Below, one piece after another: positions 56,276-63,783 of a stretch of 64,000 nt of DNA. The DNA is from Patescibacteria group bacterium (lineage in GTDB: Bacteria > Patescibacteriota > Minisyncoccia > Phycocordibacterales > JACOZG01): assembly GCA_038065495.1 (NCBI GenBank), contig JBBTQW010000002.1, positions 261,373 to 325,372 of the forward strand, read 5' to 3'. Within the stretch, counting starts at the first letter, position 1; each line of letters begins with the position of its first letter. A program made the position numbers and the translations under genes. The notes beneath the pieces are model-generated. The model was not told the DNA's origin and ran no database searches. It was given only the letters and a program-made list of their open reading frames with translations.

Positions 56276-57400
56276 CTAATTTTTGACGCAGAAAGCAACA
56301 GAGATAGACGGTATTGGGTGACTGTGGATTGGCCGACTCAACAAACTAGTACCAAGTTCTGGACCAATAGCAAAAATGCCCTCCGCTTCGTGACTCTTGG
56401 AATAATCAGGTCCGGTTTTGGCGGTCCAATTGGTAGTGCCAGGGGCATGTGCGGAATCGGAACCAATCACAAACCGCGCGTTGAAAGAGGGATCGAGACT
56501 CCAACCAGCCGGGCAAGTGCCAGCTTTGGTCATCACCACTGAACCAGCCGGAAACGCGTCACTACCACCACCCGTCGGAGGAGTTGGGGTGCCAGAGCCG
56601 CCGCCCAAGCAATTTACTGTATTCCCATTGCTATCAGTTGTGCAAATAGAGCCACCTCTAACAGCTGCGCCGCTAACCGTCCCACCAGAACTGACATTGT
56701 TCGAAACAGTCACACTCCCACCAGAAACATTAAGATTCCCACCCACTCGCGCGGCACCAGCCACATCGAGTTTGACGCCAGAAATTGCCCCGGCACTGAC
56801 TCCAGTGCCAATACCAAGGGCACCACCGTTGATAATTACATCACGTTGGCCACCAACCGCGGCCGGAGTAAGCACCATATTGCCGCTACCGCTCGCGCGT
56901 AGGATCAAACTCGCATGATTAGCGTCACCAGCGACGCCGGAAAGAAGCCCCTTATTCTCACCAACAATACCAACATTACCGCCAGCCACGGTTAGTTTGG
57001 AATTCGGAGTATTGGTGCCGATGCCAACGTTATCGCCAATATTAAGAGGAAAAAGACTGGAGCCAGTCCGAGACCAGAAGTTTGTGCTTGGATCGCCAGA
57101 GCCCCCACCAGAACTAGGCGTGGCCCACTGCGCAAAACCAGTCACCGGATCAGCAGTCAGAAACTGCCCGGCAAGCGGCTTAAATCCATTAACGAGCAAC
57201 TCTCCCAAGAGATTCAGCCCGCCAAGCTCCAAGCGCCCAGATTTACTTTGTTGGCTACTGCTTACATTAATCGGTTCGGCGGTATTAGGACAACCCGCTC
57301 CTGGCCCAGAACAATCAGCTGGAGCATCGTTCCAAGCCGCCATCACGCTCCCGGCGAGAACTAAAGCAAAAATTGGCAAAATAATTTTTAAATATTTCAT
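56276..57400 (-). CDS. Secreted Gly-rich fibre/adhesin-like protein
   Basis: Signal peptide, 'NVGIGT' and 'LGIGT' beta repeats, phage-tail-collar-like 'FPAGSVVM...CPAGW...RFVIG'. Confidence 0.7.
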   Translation of the reverse strand: MKYLKIILPIFALVLAGSVMAAWNDAPADCSGPGAGCPNTAEPINVSSSQQSKSGRLELGGLNLLGELLVNGFKPLAGQFLTADPVTGFAQWATPSSGGGSGDPSTNFWSRTGSSLFPLNIGDNVGIGTNTPNSKLTVAGGNVGIVGENKGLLSGVAGDANHASLILRASGSGNMVLTPAAVGGQRDVIINGGALGIGTGVSAGAISGVKLDVAGAARVGGNLNVSGGSVTVSNNVSSGGTVSGAAVRGGSICTTDSNGNTVNCLGGGSGTPTPPTGGGSDAFPAGSVVMTKAGTCPAGWSLDPSFNARFVIGSDSAHAPGTTNWTAKTGPDYSKSHEAEGIFAIGPELGTSLLSRPIHSHPIPSISVAFCVKN

Positions 57401-57420
57401 ATTTTTTTAAATAATAATTT

Positions 57421-57726
57421 TTATTGCGCTTTTAAAGATTCTAATAATTTCTCGCGGTCAGCGTCGGTTAGCTTGGTGGGTTTGCTGGACTTCAGGCCTT
57501 TTAGCAACGCCGCGCGTTCGGCTTCGGTCAACGAGGTTGGCTCGGTAGCGCGGAGTGACTGGAGTAATTGCGCGCGGCGAGCCTCTTCGGCATCTTCCTC
57601 GGAAGCAGCTGGCGCAGGCGCAGGCGCGCCGTCGCGGTAATTGGAAACATAATAAACACCGATCCACACGATTGCCGTAATGGCGGCTAATATAGCGATC
57701 ACTTTGTAAAATTTTTCGGCAGACAT
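57421..57726 (-). CDS. Small single-TM protein with 20-aa helical repeats
   Basis: TM then RAQLLQSLRATEPTSLTEAE / RAALLKGLKSSKPTKLTDAD / REKLLESLKAQ; ATG 57726. Confidence 0.75.
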   Translation of the reverse strand: MSAEKFYKVIAILAAITAIVWIGVYYVSNYRDGAPAPAPAASEEDAEEARRAQLLQSLRATEPTSLTEAERAALLKGLKSSKPTKLTDADREKLLESLKAQ

Positions 57727-57776
57727 GCTCAAATTGTAACACAGGCTGGTTTAACTTGTTTAGATTTACTAGCCAG

Positions 57777-57843
57777 TTGACTGTTGATAACTCTAAGTAT
57801 ATAGTGGTAGCAGACCTGTCCCGACCTCGGAACGGGCGTTTTT
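57777..57843 (+). promoter_or_regulatory. nusA promoter (TTGACT-17-TATAGT) and leader hairpin with U-tract
   Basis: Hairpin CCUGU-C-CCG-ACCU-CGG-A-ACGGG (57815-57836) followed by CGUUUUU. Confidence 0.55.
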
Positions 57844-57877
57844 ACTCAAAAATTTTCTAAAAAACTAATAAATTATT

Positions 57878-59134
57878 ATGATGGATCTCAAAACAATGCG
57901 CTCGGCTCTGGAACAACTGGAAGAAGAGCGTGGTATCCCTAAAGAGAAAATCCTAAGCGCGATTGAAGACGCGCTAATTGCCGCGTATAAAAAAGATTAC
58001 GGTCAGAAGGACCAAATAGTGCGCACCAAGTTTGATTACGCTACCGGCAAAGTAGACTTTTATCAGGTCAAGATTGTGGTGGATGAGAGTATGCTCTTGA
58101 GCGAAGACGAATTAAGCAAAAGTGAAAATCTGGATGAGGTGGAAGCTGGCAAGACAGAACAAACAGAGTTAAAGCCTGATGAGAAAGTAAAATTTAACGA
58201 AGAGCAACACATCATGCTCGCGGATGCGAAGAAAATAAAAGCTGACGCTAAGCTGGGCGATGAACTAATTTTCCCACTCGAGGCCAAAGATGATTACGGT
58301 CGCATCGCGGCGCAAACGGCCAAGCAAGTGATTATCCAGCGCTTGCGCGAGGCCGAGAAGCAGTCGGTACTCACCGAATATTCTGGCCGTGAGGGTGAGA
58401 TTATGAATGGCAAAGTGCAGAAGATGGAACGCGGCAATGTGTTTGTAGATCTCGGACGCACTACCGGTCTACTCGCTCGTGAAGAGCAAATCCCGGGCGA
58501 ATATTATCGCCAAGGCGAACGCATCAAGACCTATCTCTATGATGTGGAAGAAACGCCAAGAGGAATCAACTTGCGTCTCTCGCGCGCGCATCCTAAATTT
58601 GTGGAAAAATTGTTTGCCGTGGAAGCGCCAGAGATCGCCAGCGGCGTGGTGAGCATCCGGGCCATTGCTCGCGAGCCGGGCGCGCGGACCAAGATTGCCG
58701 TCCACTCTAGCGACCCAAATGTGGATCCAGTTGGATCCTGTGTGGGCCAGCGCGGCGTACGCGTGAATACAGTAATCTCCGAACTCGGCGGCGAGAAAAT
58801 TGATATTATTGAGTGGAGCGAGGATCCCGAAACTTTTATCTCCAGCGCGCTCTCACCGGCGAAAATTAACAAAGTCACACTATTTAAAGAAGATAACCGC
58901 GCGCAGATTGAGGTGGACGCGGATCAGTTCTCACTAGCCGTCGGTCGCGGTGGGCAGAATGCTCGCCTCGCCGCGCGTCTCACCGGCTGGAAAATCGACA
59001 TTATTCCCCCAGCTTCGATGACGGAGACGAAAAAAGCTGAAACTCCAGAAGTAACTCCAGAAAATGTTGCAGAAGTAAAAACTGAAAGTTCTGAAATTGA
59101 AAGTGAGAAGACCGAAACAGAGAAGTCAGAATAA
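57878..59134 (+). CDS. nusA: Transcription factor NusA
   Basis: GRIAAQTAKQVI, AREPG.RTKIAV, GSCVGQRG.RV, GRGGQNARLAARLTGWKIDI. Confidence 0.98.
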   Translation: MMDLKTMRSALEQLEEERGIPKEKILSAIEDALIAAYKKDYGQKDQIVRTKFDYATGKVDFYQVKIVVDESMLLSEDELSKSENLDEVEAGKTEQTELKPDEKVKFNEEQHIMLADAKKIKADAKLGDELIFPLEAKDDYGRIAAQTAKQVIIQRLREAEKQSVLTEYSGREGEIMNGKVQKMERGNVFVDLGRTTGLLAREEQIPGEYYRQGERIKTYLYDVEETPRGINLRLSRAHPKFVEKLFAVEAPEIASGVVSIRAIAREPGARTKIAVHSSDPNVDPVGSCVGQRGVRVNTVISELGGEKIDIIEWSEDPETFISSALSPAKINKVTLFKEDNRAQIEVDADQFSLAVGRGGQNARLAARLTGWKIDIIPPASMTETKKAETPEVTPENVAEVKTESSEIESEKTETEKSE

Positions 59135-59156
59135 TTTTAGTTTTTAGAAAATTAAG

Positions 59157-59187
59157 AAAGCCCGCGACTTTTCAGTCGCGGGCTTTT
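59157..59187. terminator. Bidirectional terminator between nusA and the orphan gene
   Basis: Perfect 13-bp inverted repeat aaagcccgcgact/agtcgcgggcttt. Confidence 0.88.
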
Positions 59188-59208
59188 GTTCACAAAATGA
59201 CTCTATTT

Positions 59209-59721
59209 CTACTTCACTTCAACGAAGCAGAGCAGAATACCCCCAACCCACTCGGTTTCTCCGTCAATAACCATCGACTGAAAAACTGGATTGCTTTGAA
59301 TCTTCGTACTGGGCAGGTTGTTATGATCATTTGAATCATAAGAAAGGGCGTGATAGCCGTGGTAACAGCTTGAACACTCCTCAAAGTTTCCCTGCTCTTT
59401 GAGCAAGTCCAAACCAAGTTGACCCAGCAAGACACCTCCTTTGAGGTTAATGAACGCGAGGTGCTCTTGGCAAGTACTAGTCAGACCATTTCTAGAGTGG
59501 CAGTAGCCACTCACACTAAACTTACGTCCGTCGGGGTGCGTAACAATGCCGAGATTAAGATCAGCCACAAGCGCGAACCTATCCGCCAGAGGGATGGATT
59601 CATCGATGACCTTCTGCAAGAAGTCACTGATCTTTCTGGGATCTCTCTTGCCGTCGAGCACAAGCTTATTAACACTAGCTTGCACTTTCCACAAACGTAC
59701 GATTTCGGAGTCACTACTCAT
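59209..59721 (-). CDS. Orphan hypothetical protein (170 aa)
   Basis: SD AGGAG, promoter TTGACT-17-TAGAAT (59823..59851), structured leader of about 95 nt. Confidence 0.75.
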   Translation of the reverse strand: MSSDSEIVRLWKVQASVNKLVLDGKRDPRKISDFLQKVIDESIPLADRFALVADLNLGIVTHPDGRKFSVSGYCHSRNGLTSTCQEHLAFINLKGGVLLGQLGLDLLKEQGNFEECSSCYHGYHALSYDSNDHNNLPSTKIQSNPVFQSMVIDGETEWVGGILLCFVEVK

Positions 59722-59929
59722 GACACTTTCTCCTGTAAAAGAACCATCTGTCCGCTACTAACGGACATACCCCGGTAAAAACTGCCGGAATTCAGTTGCA
59801 GTGAAATACTGCTCCAACTCCCATTCTATCACAAACAGGTTTGAAAGTCAAGTGGTTATCAAAAAATGGCCTAAAATATAGCTTTTTCAATATATTTGAC
59901 AGATATTACTCACGCGCTAAAATAGTGAG

Positions 59930-60463
59930 ATGAACTTATGGCACGATATTGAACCGGGGACGAAAGACGCGATTAATGTGATCGTGGAGATTAATAAAGG
60001 CAGTAAAAATAAGTATGAGGTGGATAAAGAAACAGGCCTGATTGCGCTAGATCGAGTCTTGCACAGTGCCCAAGATTTCCCTTGCGATTACGGCTTCGTG
60101 CCCCAAACACTCTGGGACGACAATGATCCGGTAGATGTGATTCTGCTCACGACTAATCCCCTCGTGCCGGGCTTGCTAGTGCGAGCGCGGCCGGTCGCTA
60201 TTATGAATATGATTGACTCTGGCGATGCGGATGACAAGCTCATCGCCGTGCCAGTGGACGATCCAAGATGGCAGAAAGTGCAAGATCTCGCTGATCTGAA
60301 CCCGCATACGCTGAAAGAGTTGCAACACTTCTATGAGACTTACAAGCAGCTGCAAGGCAAAGAAGTGAAGATTAACGGCTTTAAGGGCAAAACAGAAGCC
60401 GAGCAAGCCTTTGCTCGCGGCTGTGAGCTATATGCCCAGAAATTTAGTGTTGAGAAAAAATAG
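59930..60463 (+). CDS. ppa: Family I inorganic pyrophosphatase
   Basis: KYEVDK, LDRVL, YGFVPQT, DDNDPVD, D.G..DDK, FYETYK.L. Confidence 0.96.
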   Translation: MNLWHDIEPGTKDAINVIVEINKGSKNKYEVDKETGLIALDRVLHSAQDFPCDYGFVPQTLWDDNDPVDVILLTTNPLVPGLLVRARPVAIMNMIDSGDADDKLIAVPVDDPRWQKVQDLADLNPHTLKELQHFYETYKQLQGKEVKINGFKGKTEAEQAFARGCELYAQKFSVEKK

Positions 60464-60519
60464 GTTATAATGGGAAAATAGTTTAGATTATTAGGTTTTT
60501 TAATAAAAAAGAAATAAAT

Positions 60520-61209
60520 ATGCGCAAGTTATTAGTGTTGTTGCTTGTAAGTTTGTTTTGTTTGCCAGTTCTAGCTAGCGCCGAAGAGGGTTATCTCAAG
60601 ACGCTCAAGCCAATCCCCGCCGAGCGCGAGGCAAAGCTGAAAGAGATGAAAGCGAAACTAGAGGCGAGCCGGCAAGAAATAGAACTAAAAAAGAAAGATC
60701 TGCTGGAAAAACGCGACGCGAACAAAGAAGCGCGTGATGTGCGGCAAGAAGATCGTCAGGAGGATAGACAAGAGAAGCGCGCCGGTCAGATTGGTAATTA
60801 TGTTGAGAAAATCACAGAGCGCGTGAGCTTGGTGTTGAAAAATCTGGAGAATCTGGATAACAAGCTCAAGACTCATCTGGATAAGCTCGCCAGCCAGGGA
60901 ACGGATGTAACGAGCTGGAAAGCGAGCGAGGCAAAACTAGCTGCTGATATTGCGGCGGCCAAGGCGGCGCTGGCTGACTTACCAAGCAAACTAGCCACAC
61001 TAACCGCAACGGAAAAACTGACGGTAACGGAAGCCAAGACTGTGCGCGAGGCGGTGGCTAGCGTCTTGAAAATCGTCAAGACCATTGGCCAAGACTTGCA
61101 CAAACTGGTGCAGGAGATCCGTGCCGCCATGCCTAAGCCGGCCAACACACTTAAGCCAAGCGCGACGGAAGCTAGAACCGCTTCCCCAGCGGCGGTGGAA
61201 ATGCAGTAG
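60520..61209 (+). CDS. Secreted coiled-coil protein
   Basis: Signal peptide, charged heptads, short RQED tandem repeat. Confidence 0.75.
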   Translation: MRKLLVLLLVSLFCLPVLASAEEGYLKTLKPIPAEREAKLKEMKAKLEASRQEIELKKKDLLEKRDANKEARDVRQEDRQEDRQEKRAGQIGNYVEKITERVSLVLKNLENLDNKLKTHLDKLASQGTDVTSWKASEAKLAADIAAAKAALADLPSKLATLTATEKLTVTEAKTVREAVASVLKIVKTIGQDLHKLVQEIRAAMPKPANTLKPSATEARTASPAAVEMQ

Positions 61210-61236
61210 AAATTAGAAAAATAATAAACATAAAAC

Positions 61237-61542
61237 ATGAACGGAGACAACACTATGGATCAGAACAACAACTCCAGCGGCTCGCTGGTGGGCTCGATCA
61301 TCGTCGTGATTATCTTGATCATCGGCGCGATTTATTTGTTTAGTTCTAAAACTAATGCGCCGGTAATGCCGGCCAGCGAAACTGGCTTGAGTAGTGAGCA
61401 AAATATGCCGGGCACTACGGAAACAGTCACGACAGAAATTGTAACGGAAGAAACGCTAAGTGCGGACGCCGATATGAGCGCGCAAGAAGCGGCAGAATTG
61501 GAAACTAGCATTAACACGCTCAACCAAGAAGCGGGTTTGTAA
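61237..61542 (+). CDS. Small single-TM acidic protein
   Basis: 'GSLVGSIIVVIILIIGAIYLF' TM followed by an E/T-rich tail. Confidence 0.7.
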   Translation: MNGDNTMDQNNNSSGSLVGSIIVVIILIIGAIYLFSSKTNAPVMPASETGLSSEQNMPGTTETVTTEIVTEETLSADADMSAQEAAELETSINTLNQEAGL

Positions 61543-61604
61543 AACTCGCCAGAAATGCTTTAATTAGAGGCCGGCTTTAAGCTGGCTTTTAATTTGTTAA
61601 AAAT

Positions 61605-62561
61605 ATGGAACTAAAAATCACTAAATTAGAGAATAGCGAAGTGGAACTGACAGGCGAAATTGCCGCGGAAAAATTTGAAAGCTTTAGAACCAGAGCGCTA
61701 GCTAAGCTCAACCAAGAAGTGAAGATAGACGGCTTCCGAACCGGACACATTCCGGCGGATATCTTGGCGAGCAAAATTGGCGAAGAAAAGATTTTACTCG
61801 AGATGGCGGAACTAGCGCTACAAAATATTTATCCCGAAATTTTGCAAGCAAACAAAATCGACGCACTTGGCCGACCAGCGATTACCCTCACGAAAATTGC
61901 AAAAGGCAATCCGCTCGGTTTCGTGATCAAGACGGCAGTTAGACCAGAATTTACTCTGCCGGATTACACAAAATTAGAGAAACCAGAGACAGAAATAATT
62001 CCGGAAATTACAGAAAAAGAAGTAGACGAAGTGGTGGAAAATATTAAGAAGAATCAGGAAACGCAAAAAATAGAACCAGAAAAAATTACAGAAATCACAG
62101 CCGAACAGCGCGAAATAATTAAGCAGAACTTGAAGCTAGAACGCGAGCGGAGAAACAGAGAAAAAACGCGACTGAAGATTATGGATAATTTGCTAGAACA
62201 AGCAAAAATTACTTTGCCAAATGTGCTGGTAGAAAGTGAATTAGATAAAATGGCGCATGAGATGAAGCACCAGATCGAGCAAATGGGTCTCAAGTTTGAG
62301 GATTATCTCAAGCACATCAAGAAAGAAGAAAAAGATTTGCGCGCGGATTGGCAGAGCGAAGCGGAAAAGCGTTTAAAGACCGGTTTGCTGATTGCCGAAA
62401 TTGCTAAGCAAGCGAAACTAGAACCAAAACCTGAAGAAATCGAGAAAGAGGTGAAACATTTGCAAGAACACTACAAGGATGTCCCGGCCGAGAATTTGCG
62501 GCATTATGTGAGCGAGATGCTCTTGGTAGAGATGGTTTGGAAATTATTGGAAAATAAATAA
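61605..62561 (+). CDS. tig: Trigger factor (no FKBP domain)
   Basis: Ribosome-binding 'IDGFRTGHIP'; C-terminal domain 'LP..LVE.E'; only 318 aa. Confidence 0.9.
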   Translation: MELKITKLENSEVELTGEIAAEKFESFRTRALAKLNQEVKIDGFRTGHIPADILASKIGEEKILLEMAELALQNIYPEILQANKIDALGRPAITLTKIAKGNPLGFVIKTAVRPEFTLPDYTKLEKPETEIIPEITEKEVDEVVENIKKNQETQKIEPEKITEITAEQREIIKQNLKLERERRNREKTRLKIMDNLLEQAKITLPNVLVESELDKMAHEMKHQIEQMGLKFEDYLKHIKKEEKDLRADWQSEAEKRLKTGLLIAEIAKQAKLEPKPEEIEKEVKHLQEHYKDVPAENLRHYVSEMLLVEMVWKLLENK

Positions 62562-62589
62562 AGACCGCTGGGCGTACCATGCGGTCTTT
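62560..62589. terminator. Terminator between tig and the convergent orphan gene
   Basis: Inverted repeat aaagaccgc/gcggtcttt. Confidence 0.7.
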
Positions 62590-62610
62590 CTGTGGTTGGA
62601 GTCGGGGAAT

Positions 62611-63603
62611 TTATGCCTCGACTGCAACCGGAACTGGTGACGAGTTCGGTACCGAAGTAGAACCTTCGGCAAAAGCTCGCTTGACGCAAGCCACGATCTC
62701 ATCGAGAGAGAGCTTGCTCGGTGGGACATCTGTGGCCGTGAGACTGCCATTGAACAGGCCAATCGCGGCCAACCACCAACATTCGGCGCCCGCCACTCGA
62801 CCCTCGGCCAACAAGGCTTGAAAATCAACAGACTCACAGCCGTGCAGGCTTCGTTCGGCCAAACGAATTTGCCGGGCGATCTCTGGCAATCTCTGCTGTG
62901 CCGGACCACGGACGAAAATGTAGTGGTGGCCAGTATCGGGATTGCTCTGTACTACGGTGACACTGCCGCCCTTAACGAAATGGCGATAGCCGGCCGCCCG
63001 ATTGGTCTCTGGGTTAGCGGTGGTGACCACAACCAATGTGTGTGACTTGCCACCAATCTGGGCCAGTCGTTCTGGAAGAACGAACCCGTCCAGAAAATTG
63101 AGCGCCGCCAAGAAAGTCTCCTGCTCCTTCAGTTTGGCATCGAGAGCGTCGAAGACCCAATTCATTACCCATTTTGGATCCATCCCAGACTTGTGCATCG
63201 ACTTAACGATCGAGCCCAAGCTGAACGCCCCAAAACCGGCCTCAAGATCCTCTTTTCTCACATGTTCAAGGATCATGTCCAGCTCTCGCCGTTCCAGCAA
63301 ACCCAGATGCCGAGCAACCAGCGTGGCGGTGCACTCACCCACCTTGCGGCTGCTTCCGTCTGCCGGATGTTCATCGAAGCGGCCACCGCCGATACCGATG
63401 AACAATGTTCCCTCGGCCTCATGCTCCTGCCACGACTTCCCGTCCGGCGGCTGATTCCCATCGCCCCAGAACTCCACCGGAGCTTCTGGAACTCCTGGGA
63501 AAAGCTTCTGCCCGAAAACCCACAACAGCCAAATGGCCACAATCTCATCGAGATGAGGCCAACAGTGAGTCACAATCCTGTTAACCGTAAATGGTTTTGC
63601 CAC
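62611..63603 (-). CDS. MYG1/DHH-like metal-dependent hydrolase (probable exonuclease)
   Basis: GTG 63603 after SD GAGGAG; 'IVTHCWPHLDE', 'GIGGGRFDEH' and 'CTATLV..HLG' resemble MYG1 motifs. Confidence 0.6.
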   Translation of the reverse strand: MAKPFTVNRIVTHCWPHLDEIVAIWLLWVFGQKLFPGVPEAPVEFWGDGNQPPDGKSWQEHEAEGTLFIGIGGGRFDEHPADGSSRKVGECTATLVARHLGLLERRELDMILEHVRKEDLEAGFGAFSLGSIVKSMHKSGMDPKWVMNWVFDALDAKLKEQETFLAALNFLDGFVLPERLAQIGGKSHTLVVVTTANPETNRAAGYRHFVKGGSVTVVQSNPDTGHHYIFVRGPAQQRLPEIARQIRLAERSLHGCESVDFQALLAEGRVAGAECWWLAAIGLFNGSLTATDVPPSKLSLDEIVACVKRAFAEGSTSVPNSSPVPVAVEA

Positions 63604-63680
63604 GAGAAACTCCTCTTGTTTGATTGACGAAGATCGAGATTTAGAGAGCTTAGGCAAAAACTGCCCAATACCACTCTCAA

Positions 63681-63718
63681 CCCCAATTATAGCAAATACA
63701 CAGAGCTTGTCAAGGGCT
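63681..63718 (-). repeat. Dispersed promoter repeat, copy 2
   Basis: agcccttgacaagctctgtgtatttgctataattgggg; 36/38 identical to 27253..27290. Confidence 0.85.
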
Positions 63719-63783
63719 AGGCTAAAAAGGTTCAACTAGGGTCACATTTGCAAAATTAGGGGAAATTCGTTAAGATTCGCCAC

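Noticed and set aside
48752-63735. ORF-track N-terminal extensions of 48752..49246 and 62611..63735
   Set aside because: The extensions run through leader or promoter DNA; SD-preceded starts at 49192 (ATG) and 63603 (GTG) fit better.
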